A stretch of DNA of 64,000 bases. Source: a virus. The stretch covers positions 5,566 through 69,565 of IMG/VR virus record IMGVR_UViG_3300017929_000004, one strand, 5' to 3'. Positions 25,598 to 34,779 of this stretch are shown piece after piece (positions within the stretch are counted from its first letter, which is position 1; every line of letters begins with the position of its first letter). The translations under genes and the position numbers were made by a program. A model generated the notes under the pieces. That model saw only the letters and a list, made by a program, of their open reading frames with translations. It was not told where the DNA came from and did no database searches.

Positions 25598-27541
25598 ATG
25601 GGGACACTCCAAGCAAGGCTTGAAGAACGTGTGAAGGAACCGCCGAAGGTAGCGGAAGTCATGGGCCGGGAGTACGGCACGCCGCCACCATTTGTCCGCG
25701 ATGAAAGCGGTGCCGTCATCTACCAGAAGTATTACGACAGCGAAACCTCGGAATGGTGCCGCAACGTTCATCATGCCTCGGCACAATCTCAGGGCGAAGA
25801 CCCTGAACTTCAGGACATTCCGAAGTGGATTCAGGTTCTCAGCGGAAACCACTGGCCCCAAGGCCGGCCGTCGTACCGTGCGAAGCCCGTTTTCAACCTC
25901 TCCCTGCGCTACTGGAAAGAACTCCAGTCGATCATCAGCGACATCCGGCTCAACACTTACGTCCACTCCGAAAACGAAAACTACAAGAGCATCGCACAGA
26001 ATATCACCAAACTTTCGGCGTCGAACTGGCTCGACCAGGACGGCGACATCACCATGATGGAAAGCGTTCAACATGCTTCCTTCGGAATCGGGTACACCAA
26101 AGTCGGCATGAACACGAAGGAACAGCACCCCGCGTTCCTGTCTTTGGGCTCTGACCAAGTTATTCCCATCCTCCCCTCGCGAAACGATTTCCAGCAAAGC
26201 GCGGGAGTCATCTACGAATGCTGGAAACCGCTCTCATGGTTCTACGACAAGTTCTCGATTTTGGCCCGAGCTATCAAGCCCGAGGCCACGGGGTGGCATC
26301 GCTCGTTCGCGTCGCGACCGTTCTACATTCCCGAGTACACTTGGAACAACATGAATCCAGGACTCAGGAACGTCATCGCCTCGACGATTGATTCGGAGAA
26401 GGGGGCGAGCATCATCGAGTCTGGCCGCATCCCGATGGCGCGCGCCCGCGAGTTCTGGTTCCAGGACGACCGCATCAATCAGGGAAAACATCCGATTCGA
26501 GTTGGTTGGGGGAACTTCACTTACACTGTATTGCCCGGTCATCCGGTTTACCCTTATGGCCGGTTGATTTGCACGGCTGGCGAAGAGTGCGACATCCCCA
26601 TCTACGATGGCCCAAACTTCCACTGGCACGGCATGTACCCTTATGACCCTCTACGGCTCCAGCCGGTCGTCTGGATGTTCTCTGGCCTCAGCGTACTCAA
26701 GGACATCTACCCGCTCAACTCCGCCATCAATCAATTGCTCGCCGACTTACAGGACTACCTCAAGCAGATTCTCAATCCGACCTTGATCGTCAAGCCGAGG
26801 ACGATGACCGACGAAGCGTGGGAAGAATACTTTCCCGGAATGCCTGGAGCGAAGATCATGCTCCTGAGCGTAAGCGGAGGCATCGCCGAGGCGATGAAGT
26901 TCGAGCGCGTCGATCCCACCGCAGTCGGCATCATCCCCCAGGCCATCCAAATGTTGACCCGCTTCTTCTACGAGCAGGCTGGCATGGTTGACAGCGGGCA
27001 GTTGACGAACAAGAAGCAGATTCCGTCCGAAGGGACTATCGAGCAGATTCAGAACATCCGGCAGTCGATTTTCCGGCTCATGGCTCGCCACGTCGAAGTC
27101 CACATGAAGCACATCGGGAAAATGCAGGTTTCCGACATCCTGCAATTCACGAACCGCAAGCAGGCGTTCGCGTTCCTGGGTAACGACGGAGTGACGTGGC
27201 AGAACATGGATTGGGACCCAGATAGCTACGTCGAACTCAAGAGCGCACAGAATGACCCAGAACCGTTCCGCCGCGGGCGGGAATTCGTGAAAAACTTCCG
27301 GCAGATGGTATCGACGGGGACCGCGCTTCCGGCTCAGCGCCAAGCCATGGCATCGATGGCGAACACCATGAACGCACGCAACCGGATGTCCACGGAGACC
27401 TTATACAAATTCCTCAGCGACGCAGGCTACCCCGTGCCACCGTGGAGCGAAGAGAAAAACCGGATCATCGCAGAGATGGCCGAACTCCCGCAGCCCAAGC
27501 CTCCAAGAGGTGGCGGGGGGAGACAACCAGCACATGGATAA
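25598..27541 (+). CDS. Portal protein
   Basis: 647 aa between terminase and scaffold; FGIGYTKV, YPYGRLI, GLSVLKDIYPLNSAINQL pattern of P22-like portals. Confidence 0.85.
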   Translation: MGTLQARLEERVKEPPKVAEVMGREYGTPPPFVRDESGAVIYQKYYDSETSEWCRNVHHASAQSQGEDPELQDIPKWIQVLSGNHWPQGRPSYRAKPVFNLSLRYWKELQSIISDIRLNTYVHSENENYKSIAQNITKLSASNWLDQDGDITMMESVQHASFGIGYTKVGMNTKEQHPAFLSLGSDQVIPILPSRNDFQQSAGVIYECWKPLSWFYDKFSILARAIKPEATGWHRSFASRPFYIPEYTWNNMNPGLRNVIASTIDSEKGASIIESGRIPMARAREFWFQDDRINQGKHPIRVGWGNFTYTVLPGHPVYPYGRLICTAGEECDIPIYDGPNFHWHGMYPYDPLRLQPVVWMFSGLSVLKDIYPLNSAINQLLADLQDYLKQILNPTLIVKPRTMTDEAWEEYFPGMPGAKIMLLSVSGGIAEAMKFERVDPTAVGIIPQAIQMLTRFFYEQAGMVDSGQLTNKKQIPSEGTIEQIQNIRQSIFRLMARHVEVHMKHIGKMQVSDILQFTNRKQAFAFLGNDGVTWQNMDWDPDSYVELKSAQNDPEPFRRGREFVKNFRQMVSTGTALPAQRQAMASMANTMNARNRMSTETLYKFLSDAGYPVPPWSEEKNRIIAEMAELPQPKPPRGGGGRQPAHG

Positions 27542-27785
27542 ACCCTCAGCAACGGCAACAGCGTTCAAATATACTCCAGACAACCGGCCCTACGGAGTCT
27601 TGACGCTGGACGGAAAATCGCTGGAAATTCATCCAGACCTCTTCGAGGCGCTCGACGCGATGATTGGGAACTGCTTCAAAGCGGACGGCCAAGTGATAAT
27701 TCACATCGCTGGCGGACGGATTGTGGACGTGAAGCTAAACAACACGCCAGTGCGGATTTTGAGGCATTATGCGGAACGCACATAA
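27534..27785 (+). CDS. Hypothetical protein
   Basis: GGGAG RBS; overlaps the portal stop. Confidence 0.6.
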   Translation: MDKPSATATAFKYTPDNRPYGVLTLDGKSLEIHPDLFEALDAMIGNCFKADGQVIIHIAGGRIVDVKLNNTPVRILRHYAERT

Positions 27786-27816
27786 GCGGGTTGAGAAGAT
27801 CGGCAAAATTTTGTTC

Positions 27817-27846
27817 TTGACAAAGGGTCTGTTCCGAGAGTAGGGT
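27817..27846 (+). promoter_or_regulatory. Candidate promoter upstream of the head genes
   Basis: TTGACA-18-TAGGGT in an intergenic gap. Confidence 0.4.
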
Positions 27847-27891
27847 TCAGTCTGGATTAAGCGGGGGTCTTTCGTCACCTCTTGAGTCGAC

Positions 27892-27937
27892 GAGAAGGCG
27901 CTCAAAGCTGAAAAGGCTTTGGGCGCCTTTTCTTTTT
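27892..27937 (+). terminator. Long hairpin plus U-tract
   Basis: GAGAAGGCGCTCAAAGC/GCTTTGGGCGCCTTTTC then TTTTT. Confidence 0.6.
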
Positions 27938-27953
27938 GGCCCAAGAGGAAAAA

Positions 27954-28160
27954 GTGGACGAACCCTCGAAGCCCGCAGAAGTCCATTGCCCGATAGAGGA
28001 CGCCAGAACACTCGTGAAGGCTCACGAGATCACCCGAGACAAACATCGTTTCAAGGCGGTGCGGAAGCACGCCGACAGCCTGAACAAGAGTCTCGGCGTG
28101 GGGATGGGCGCTGGCAAGCGCGTGAAGAAGTCGCGAGGACGACGTGCCGCTCAGCGGTGA
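27954..28160 (+). CDS. Small basic protein
   Basis: AGAGG RBS, GTG start; Lys/Arg-rich tail. Confidence 0.6.
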   Translation: MDEPSKPAEVHCPIEDARTLVKAHEITRDKHRFKAVRKHADSLNKSLGVGMGAGKRVKKSRGRRAAQR

Positions 28161-28320
28161 CACGAAGAAGGATATTCCCGAGTTGCTTCATCGCTGCAAG
28201 CGCGGTGGCTTCGGGAATATCAAGGGAAAGAGTTTTGAAGTTTGCCGCCGATCAGCATTAGCGGTGGCGTACAGTGCCAAGCGTCGGAAGGGTCGCAAAA
28301 AGCGACGGTCACGACGATGA
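28144..28320 (+). CDS. Small basic protein (58 aa, MPLSGDTKKD...ALAVAYSAKRRKGRKKRRSRR)
   Basis: GAGGA RBS; MPL...AxAxAYS pattern familiar from phage head regions; below the track cutoff. Confidence 0.65.
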   Translation: MPLSGDTKKDIPELLHRCKRGGFGNIKGKSFEVCRRSALAVAYSAKRRKGRKKRRSRR

Positions 28321-28400
28321 GCATCCAGAGAACGAAAGGACGCGGAACGGACGAAGGCGTCGAAAGGGCTCTGGAGATACTAAGGAAGGAGGAAACCACC

Positions 28401-28454
28401 ATGTTCGAGAGAAACCGCAAAAAGCGCCACGGCGGGAGAAAGGGAAAGCGCTAA
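28401..28454 (+). CDS. 17-aa basic peptide MFERNRKKRHGGRKGKR
   Basis: Strong AAGGAGG RBS before the ATG. Confidence 0.5.
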   Translation: MFERNRKKRHGGRKGKR

Positions 28455-28557
28455 AACTCTCCTCCCCTGATGTCCGGCTAACGCCGTGATGTCCTCGGAG
28501 GACCGAGTCAAACGGGGAGGGGGAGCGGCGAGTAGTTCCCCCTCTTCACTTCATTCA

Positions 28558-28571
28558 GTGCAGTCCTGCAC
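28558..28571. repeat. Palindrome GTGCAG-NN-CTGCAC copy
   Basis: GTGCAGTCCTGCAC abutting a GAGGAG RBS. Confidence 0.9.
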
Positions 28572-28584
28572 GAGGAGCACTCAG

Positions 28585-28860
28585 ATGGCAATCGGCAAAG
28601 ATGGTTGGGATTGCGCGACGCTGGTTTCACACAGCAAGAGCGTCTCCCCGCAAGCGAACAAAAAGTTTGGACCTGGGATGGAGAAAGAGGCCACAACGAC
28701 CGTGAATCCCAGAGCCAAGGAAAGGCTGGGCCAAGCTGGCCAGCCGAAGAAGGGCTCGAACGACATAGCCCACGCCGGGACGGCATCACCTATCGGCTCG
28801 CCGAGTCCGACCAAAGGTAACCGGCCGGTAGCATGGCCGCCATCGCATCAAAAGGCGTAA
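28585..28860 (+). CDS. Hypothetical head-region protein
   Basis: GAGGAG RBS. Confidence 0.65.
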   Translation: MAIGKDGWDCATLVSHSKSVSPQANKKFGPGMEKEATTTVNPRAKERLGQAGQPKKGSNDIAHAGTASPIGSPSPTKGNRPVAWPPSHQKA

Positions 28861-29220
28861 ATGTCAGCACCTCCGAACGTCCAAACTCCGCCGCTTCCGC
28901 CCAATCTCAGGGCTCAGCAAGGCCCGATGCCCGCCATGGGCGCGACGCAGGAACCCACCGACAATCCGCAGGCTATCGTCGCGAAAATTGGCGCGGACGT
29001 TCGCAAGCTCGCCGAGGCACTCGCCAAATCCAAGGCGAAACCTGCGGCACTCGAAACCCTAAAGCAGATGATTCCAATGCTCGCTCAACTGACGAGCGAC
29101 ATTCTCGGTCCAGAGGACCAAGGGACGGCGACGCCGGCCCCACCGCCAACACCGGGAGAAGTCCTACCACCTCCGTCGCAATCGGCGGCGCCCGCTGGAG
29201 GCTATCTGCCGGGGGCATAA
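28861..29220 (+). CDS. Pro-rich hypothetical protein
   Basis: Abuts the upstream stop. Confidence 0.7.
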   Translation: MSAPPNVQTPPLPPNLRAQQGPMPAMGATQEPTDNPQAIVAKIGADVRKLAEALAKSKAKPAALETLKQMIPMLAQLTSDILGPEDQGTATPAPPPTPGEVLPPPSQSAAPAGGYLPGA

Positions 29221-29233
29221 AGGAGAAACGACT

Positions 29234-30124
29234 ATGGGCAGATTCGACGACGTTTTGAAAACCATCAGCGACGCGCAAGAGCGCGACGCCATCGTAAAGG
29301 TTCTCGAAAAGAACCCTGACTTCAAGAAGGGGATCGAAGGGATCGAGCGGCTCGCTGCCGACGGGGAGACGTACAACGTATGGTACCGTGACCCCAAAGG
29401 CTACCCCGAGTTCAAGGCGGCGCACGATGCGCTGCCAAAACTCGAGCAGGATCTCGAAGAAGCGAACCGATTGCTCGCCGAAGCGAAGGCTGGCAAGCCC
29501 GCCAAAGGCGCGAAGGAAGAAGAGACACCCTTGGACGAGATGACACCCGAGCAGATGTTGGCGAGAGTGGAAGAGAACCTGAAGGCCAAGGGGTACGTCA
29601 CCGCCGCTGAGGCGACGAGACTTGCTACTGAGGCCGCAACGACCGCCGCCGCTGGCGTGCAGGCCCGGGTTTACACCCAAGGGCTCCCAATGGTCGAGCG
29701 CATGATGGCCGTCCAAGACAAGTATCGCAAGGATTTCGGCAAGGACATGGACCGGAAGGCCTTCGGGAAGTTCATCGAAGATCAGAAGTTCTCCGACGTG
29801 GACCACGCCTACGAGGCCTTCACGCGCGAGGACTACGTCAACAAGGTCAAGGCGGAAGCCTTCGATCAGGGAGTCCTGAAGGGCACGAAGGATACGACGG
29901 AGAAACTCACACGCGAAAGTTCCGAAGCGGCTCTTCGAAGTCTGCCTGTCGATATGGGCGGAACGCATGGCTTCTCATCGCGCCCAGGGGAGCCCCCGAA
30001 GCCCGTCGCTATGTCGGACATCAAGGAAGACTACCAACTCGGACCTCGCGGCGGGTTCAAGTTGGCGCACGCTGTTGCTGCGCAGATCGCCACCGACAAG
30101 GCGGCTGGCAAGACGCAGCCATAG
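29234..30124 (+). CDS. Putative scaffolding protein
   Basis: Charged helical protein directly upstream of the capsid gene. Confidence 0.7.
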   Translation: MGRFDDVLKTISDAQERDAIVKVLEKNPDFKKGIEGIERLAADGETYNVWYRDPKGYPEFKAAHDALPKLEQDLEEANRLLAEAKAGKPAKGAKEEETPLDEMTPEQMLARVEENLKAKGYVTAAEATRLATEAATTAAAGVQARVYTQGLPMVERMMAVQDKYRKDFGKDMDRKAFGKFIEDQKFSDVDHAYEAFTREDYVNKVKAEAFDQGVLKGTKDTTEKLTRESSEAALRSLPVDMGGTHGFSSRPGEPPKPVAMSDIKEDYQLGPRGGFKLAHAVAAQIATDKAAGKTQP

Positions 30125-30168
30125 AGAGCTTTTTGGATTTCCCGGAGTTCGGATAAGAACCGGCCCGG

Positions 30169-31221
30169 ATGAAAAAAGGAGGCGGCTTCATCGCGCTAAT
30201 AGCGCTTGGGGCTGTTATTATCATGGTACTGTCGTTAACTTCTTTATCCGCTTACACGAACGCCTACATCGTCCCGAAGGCGTTCAACGTAGTCTATATG
30301 AAGTCCCCCCTCTTCATTCGGGCGATGACGAAGAACAACTTCCGCTTTGAAGGTGGCAAGTTCATTCAGCAGCCCATTGTCCCCTTCAAGCTGTTGGGTT
30401 CTTCGTTTGGACCCGGCAGCCGCTTCAGCACGGCGTGGGTGAACACGGAAACCGCTTACCAAGTGAATATCAAGTTCTATATGGTGAGCGTCGTGTTGCT
30501 CGGGACGGACGGCGTGTTGAACATGGGCAACGAGGCGGCGTTAAGCCAAGTCGAACTCAAGATGTCGAACGCTTCGGCGAAGATGGGCGAAATGCTCGCC
30601 GTCGACAGCTTCCTCGCTGGCTTGTCGAACGCCAACGTCATCACGAACCTCGGGCAGGATTCCGACACGCTCTCGCTCGACGGGTTCGCGCAGTGGGTTG
30701 ACGACGGGAACAACGTCACCACAGTCGGCGGAATCACGCGCACGGATATCGGGACGACGGGCGTCGTGGGTGGTGGCAACGGCTACTACAAGGCCGTCGG
30801 CGGCACGATGCTGCTCACCGACCTCAACAGGGCCATCGCGACGACTACCTTCACCCCGGATCGCGTTGACCTGATCGTCGGGACGCCGCTGACCTGCATG
30901 GTCATCCAAGACCTCTTGCAGGGCAATCAGCGGTTCCTGCGCGAAGACACCGACATGGCGAAGGCTGGCCTCAAGGGCATCGAGTACATGGGCGCCTTGG
31001 TTGTCCCCGACAACTACGCGCCTGCCGGAGCGCTGCTCGGCATTTGCTCCGACTACTTTATGTTCTACATCTCGACGAACCCCCTGTTCCAATTCGGGTT
31101 CACAGGGTTCAAGGAAGACCAGGGGACGATCGATTACGCCGGCCAGTTCCTCTATGCGGGGAACATCGTGTACCCGAACCCGCGCACCGGGTTCTACATG
31201 GTCACGATCTCCTTCTCGTAG
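30169..31221 (+). CDS. Major capsid protein (start uncertain: 30169, 30190 or 30223)
   Basis: GGKFIQQPI, VGGITR, DLIVGT, QRF, VVPDNYAP, NPRTG pattern of HK97-fold capsids; position. Confidence 0.88.
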   Translation: MKKGGGFIALIALGAVIIMVLSLTSLSAYTNAYIVPKAFNVVYMKSPLFIRAMTKNNFRFEGGKFIQQPIVPFKLLGSSFGPGSRFSTAWVNTETAYQVNIKFYMVSVVLLGTDGVLNMGNEAALSQVELKMSNASAKMGEMLAVDSFLAGLSNANVITNLGQDSDTLSLDGFAQWVDDGNNVTTVGGITRTDIGTTGVVGGGNGYYKAVGGTMLLTDLNRAIATTTFTPDRVDLIVGTPLTCMVIQDLLQGNQRFLREDTDMAKAGLKGIEYMGALVVPDNYAPAGALLGICSDYFMFYISTNPLFQFGFTGFKEDQGTIDYAGQFLYAGNIVYPNPRTGFYMVTISFS

Positions 31222-31241
31222 GTCGTGGGCGTTCAGTAGGG

Positions 31242-31267
31242 GCCGCAGTGCAGGGCTGCACTGCGGC
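31242..31267. repeat. Extended palindrome copy
   Basis: GCCGCAGTGCAG-GG-CTGCACTGCGGC (core 31248-31261). Confidence 0.9.
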
Positions 31268-31291
31268 AGTAAGTTTGACGGAGGGACTAAA

Positions 31292-31894
31292 ATGTCCACC
31301 AAGTACTTCGGGTCGCTGATTATGGCGACGCCCGTTTTCAACACCGGTGGGGGGGATTTCACCCTCGTCGATGATGCGACGCAGAAGAATTACCCGCTGG
31401 GCGGGATCTACGTCTTCCCGGATGCTTCGGGTCGGCCACGGGCCATCACCTATGCGCAATGGAATCCGACAGTCGCAGCGACTTACGTCCAAGGCGGTCC
31501 AGTCTATTACAAGGATGGGGCGCGCAGCGTCATCACCAACGAGGTTACTGAGGCCGCGACGTACCTCGTGAACACTTGTTCCGCGCTATTCTCGTTTGCC
31601 GGGATTATTTTGAATCCAACCGTTCCGACGACCGGCGACTTCGTGTTCATCCAGTTGCAGGGGTTCTGCGACAAGATCAAGATGCCGGCGGCAACCACGG
31701 CTGGTGACATCCTGGTCCTGACGAACGCAGTTGGGACGGCACCCACGGACAACGTGTGGACCAGACTTGGCGGGGCCACCGACCTGACATTGCTCAAGGC
31801 ATTGTTCGCGGTTATTTATGTGACTACCGCCGTCGTCGGTGGTGGGGCAGGGCTGGGGAGTGGCTGGATTGAAGGTCCTCTGGGCCTGATTTAA
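31292..31894 (+). CDS. Putative capsid decoration protein, paralog 1 (200 aa)
   Basis: GGAGG RBS; follows the capsid gene; GDFVFIQLQG. Confidence 0.7.
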   Translation: MSTKYFGSLIMATPVFNTGGGDFTLVDDATQKNYPLGGIYVFPDASGRPRAITYAQWNPTVAATYVQGGPVYYKDGARSVITNEVTEAATYLVNTCSALFSFAGIILNPTVPTTGDFVFIQLQGFCDKIKMPAATTAGDILVLTNAVGTAPTDNVWTRLGGATDLTLLKALFAVIYVTTAVVGGGAGLGSGWIEGPLGLI

Positions 31895-31913
31895 GCTCGA
31901 TGGAGGGATCGAA

Positions 31914-32516
31914 ATGAGTACCAAAACTTACGGAAGCCTGATCATGCAGACCCCGGTTCTGAACACGGGTCAGGGCGACTTCACTCTGGTTGACGACGCG
32001 AAGCAGAAAAACTTCCCGTTGGGGGGCATCTACATCTACGCGGATTCCTCCGGGCGGCCGAGAATCATCAAGTACGTCGAGTGGAACCCCAGCACCACAC
32101 CAGCTTATTACCAAGGGGCTCCGGTGTACTACACCGATCAGACACGGACTATCGTCAGCCCCATCGTCGCCGACGCGGCGACCTACTTGGTGGCTTCCTG
32201 CTCGACACTGTTCTCGTTCGCGGGAATCACTATGGGAGCGACGATCCCGGCGGCGGCGGGAGATTTCATCTTCATCCAGTCTGGCGGTTTCTCCGACAAG
32301 ATCTTGATGCCAGCAAGCACCGTGGCGGGGGACATACTGGTTCTGTCGAATGTGGCTGCGAATCTTCCGACGATCAACGTGTTCATCAGGGTCGCAGCGG
32401 GAACCGACCTGGGGATCGTAAAGGCTGCGTTTGCATGCGTGTTCGTCACCACCATCGCCGCCGTCGGCGGTGGATTGGGAAGCGGCTGGATTCAGAGTCC
32501 CTTGATGCCGATTTAA
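31914..32516 (+). CDS. Putative capsid decoration protein, paralog 2 (200 aa)
   Basis: Colinear similarity to paralog 1. Confidence 0.7.
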   Translation: MSTKTYGSLIMQTPVLNTGQGDFTLVDDAKQKNFPLGGIYIYADSSGRPRIIKYVEWNPSTTPAYYQGAPVYYTDQTRTIVSPIVADAATYLVASCSTLFSFAGITMGATIPAAAGDFIFIQSGGFSDKILMPASTVAGDILVLSNVAANLPTINVFIRVAAGTDLGIVKAAFACVFVTTIAAVGGGLGSGWIQSPLMPI

Positions 32517-32541
32517 GTTCGTCGCTGCCTGGAGTCGCTGA

Positions 32542-32582
32542 GCCCTGGCTGGCCGATTAAGGTCGGCCAGGGCCTTTTTATT
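32542..32582 (+). terminator. Rho-independent terminator after the capsid genes
   Basis: GCCCTGGCTGGCC/GGTCGGCCAGGGC then CTTTTTATT. Confidence 0.75.
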
Positions 32583-32593
32583 GAGGAAGTACG

Positions 32594-32806
32594 ATGTCCG
32601 TCGAAATGCAGCCCGTCGTCAGTTCTCATGTTCGTGCCATCGGGTACGACGCTGAGACCGAGCGGCTGTACGTGAAATTCGACAATGGTACGTATGTGTA
32701 TGACGGCGTCGAGCAGGGCACGTGGGAAGAGTTCCTGGGGGCATCGTCCAAAGGGGGGTTTCTCGCGGCCCGGATTAAGGGGAATTTTCCGTATTCGAGG
32801 ATCTAA
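32594..32806 (+). CDS. KTSC-domain protein
   Basis: VSSHVRAIGYD...LYVKF..G.YVYDGV...ASSKGGF. Confidence 0.92.
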   Translation: MSVEMQPVVSSHVRAIGYDAETERLYVKFDNGTYVYDGVEQGTWEEFLGASSKGGFLAARIKGNFPYSRI

Positions 32807-33808
32807 ATGGCTGAGACGTTTCTGAGCGTTTGGCGCTCCGTACTGCAATACAACAGAAGGGTCCCGGCGACGCTTTGCAGGACATGGGTACGCCAGCGCT
32901 ACGAGCAGATTCTCGACCGTCGCATGTGGAGTTTTCAGTGGGGCCATGGCTGCTGGAACGTCAAGGCACCGATTACCGGCAACGCGACCATCGTCGCAGG
33001 TTCGAACGTTTTGACCTTCGGCGCGGGTGTGCTTCCAGGCGACAAGAGGATCGTGGGTTGGGAAGTAATGATCAACGGGCAGATTCCGTACTACATGGTC
33101 GTGGATGCCGACGCGACGACGGTCACTCTCGACCGAATTTGCGTCGAGACCTCAGCGTCGAACGTGCCGTGCCAAATCAGCATGGTTTACTTCATGTCGG
33201 AGCAGCCCGACTTCGAGAAGATGATTGCCATCGTTGATCGCCAAAACAACTGGCAGTTCCGGCTGAACGTGTCCATCGAAGAGATGGATAACGACGACCC
33301 GCAGCGTTCGACGGTCTCCCCGCCGACGCGCATGGTGCCCCTGGGGTTCAACGACCAGTACCTCGCCATGATTCCCGACAGTGTGACGGACTGCTACGGA
33401 CAGGAAAACGATTCGCAGTCGCAACCGTTCTTTGAGACTTGGCCCAGGGCGAGCACCGCGCAACCTTATCCTTATGTGTACAAGAGGAAGACGCCGAGCC
33501 TTGCGAACGATGGCGACCCCCTGCCGGGGTTTATCCGCGGGCGCGCGTTGTTCGAAGGGGCGCTTGCCGACCTGTGCAGTTGGCCCGGAACGCAGACGAA
33601 CCCTAACCCGGCGAATCCCGTGCAGGCCAACGTGCATGAGCGGAAATTTGAGGACGCGGTGTTCGACATGATTAACCGCGACGAGCAAGTGTCGCTGCGG
33701 TCGCTGACATGGGCGCGAAGCTACCGTAACTTCGCGTTTGCGGAGTTAGAGAGCGCCCGGTATCGTCAAAGTCACGTTGACGCGTCGCTGGTGCTGCAGA
33801 AATTCTAA
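32807..33808 (+). CDS. Putative head-tail adaptor protein
   Basis: Position; RRMWSF and ETWP..YPYVY motifs. Confidence 0.6.
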   Translation: MAETFLSVWRSVLQYNRRVPATLCRTWVRQRYEQILDRRMWSFQWGHGCWNVKAPITGNATIVAGSNVLTFGAGVLPGDKRIVGWEVMINGQIPYYMVVDADATTVTLDRICVETSASNVPCQISMVYFMSEQPDFEKMIAIVDRQNNWQFRLNVSIEEMDNDDPQRSTVSPPTRMVPLGFNDQYLAMIPDSVTDCYGQENDSQSQPFFETWPRASTAQPYPYVYKRKTPSLANDGDPLPGFIRGRALFEGALADLCSWPGTQTNPNPANPVQANVHERKFEDAVFDMINRDEQVSLRSLTWARSYRNFAFAELESARYRQSHVDASLVLQKF

Positions 33809-34749
33809 TGACTAGGCTTCGCCAAATTCGCTTTGCGCTTTGCCTCGCGGCGCTGGTATGTCTCCCAAGCGTGGCAGTTAGGGCAAAGAACTTGAAGGTT
33901 GGAGCGTTCGTTATTCCAGGGGACTCCATCCTTGTGGTCAACTTGGAGAACTTCGGGATGCTCTCTCCATCCGCAGATTTCACAGCATTCAAGCCGCCCA
34001 GCCTGCTTCATGGTGTCCCTGTATCCGTTTTTTCTTCTGCCGCCTCTGGATCGTTGGGAACAGCGATTGGAGCAGTACTTCGTCGTGCTTTTACTTATAG
34101 TGGCAGACTCGTATGGATTTCCGCAAACTTGGCAGACATAAGTTCTAAACTGCTTGGAAGCCCAAGATCCCTTGCATTCATTGGAACAAAAATTCGAAGT
34201 GCGTCCTGGCTGAACCTGCCTACGATAAATGATGCCACAATGCTTGCAGGTGCGTTTGATACTCAGAGTGCTGGCTGCTCGTCTCGCGATGTCCGTACAC
34301 TTACGACTGCACCACTTCCTAGTTTCGAGTTGGCAAGCAGGGACATGGAAGGAGTTTCCGCAGATTGGGCATGTGATGTCTCCCCCAGTCTTTTGGGGTC
34401 GGCAAGCCCTGTCCTTTTTAGAACTAACGCATTTTCTGCAGATGCTAGGAGATCCGCCGTGCAGAGCGGAACTATCCTTCCGGCGCCTGAAGTGGGAACC
34501 ACACTGCGAGCAGATTACGTCTATGGACCATACAAGTTTCTTGTAACAAGACTTGGAGCAGCAGATCGAGACTGTCGCTCGAAGAGGGCTGACCGTGTAG
34601 GAGCGACCACAGAAAGAGCAGGACTTGGTGACTCTATTCGACATCCGATGGGCATAGGAGCAGGCGATGGAACAGAATCTCGCCACTCCATTTTTCCTTG
34701 GGCCTGCACGAAACTCTTTTTTGCACCATTCACAGGGTTTGATTTCCAT
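33805..34749 (-). CDS. HNH endonuclease with multiple Zn-finger repeats, antisense to the late operon
   Basis: About six CxxC..CSxxC repeats; CEICG..LQVDHKDG..NNERSNLQVLCPNCH. Confidence 0.9.
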   Translation of the reverse strand: MEIKPCEWCKKEFRAGPRKNGVARFCSIACSYAHRMSNRVTKSCSFCGRSYTVSPLRATVSICCSKSCYKKLVWSIDVICSQCGSHFRRRKDSSALHGGSPSICRKCVSSKKDRACRPQKTGGDITCPICGNSFHVPACQLETRKWCSRKCTDIARRAASTLSIKRTCKHCGIIYRRQVQPGRTSNFCSNECKGSWASKQFRTYVCQVCGNPYESATISKSTTKYCSNRCSQRSRGGRRKNGYRDTMKQAGRLECCEICGWREHPEVLQVDHKDGVPWNNERSNLQVLCPNCHAWETYQRREAKRKANLAKPSH

Positions 34750-34779
34750 GGCAATTTCACCTCGGAGGTAAGATCATGA
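33808..34779 (+). other. Sense-strand filler ORF over the antisense HNH, coupled at both ends
   Basis: TAATG overlap upstream and ATGA overlap downstream; 323 stop-free codons. Confidence 0.45.

Noticed and set aside
28466-28513. Hammerhead or twister ribozyme
   Set aside because: Core consensus (CUGAnGA...GAAA, or the twister pseudoknots) not matched by eye
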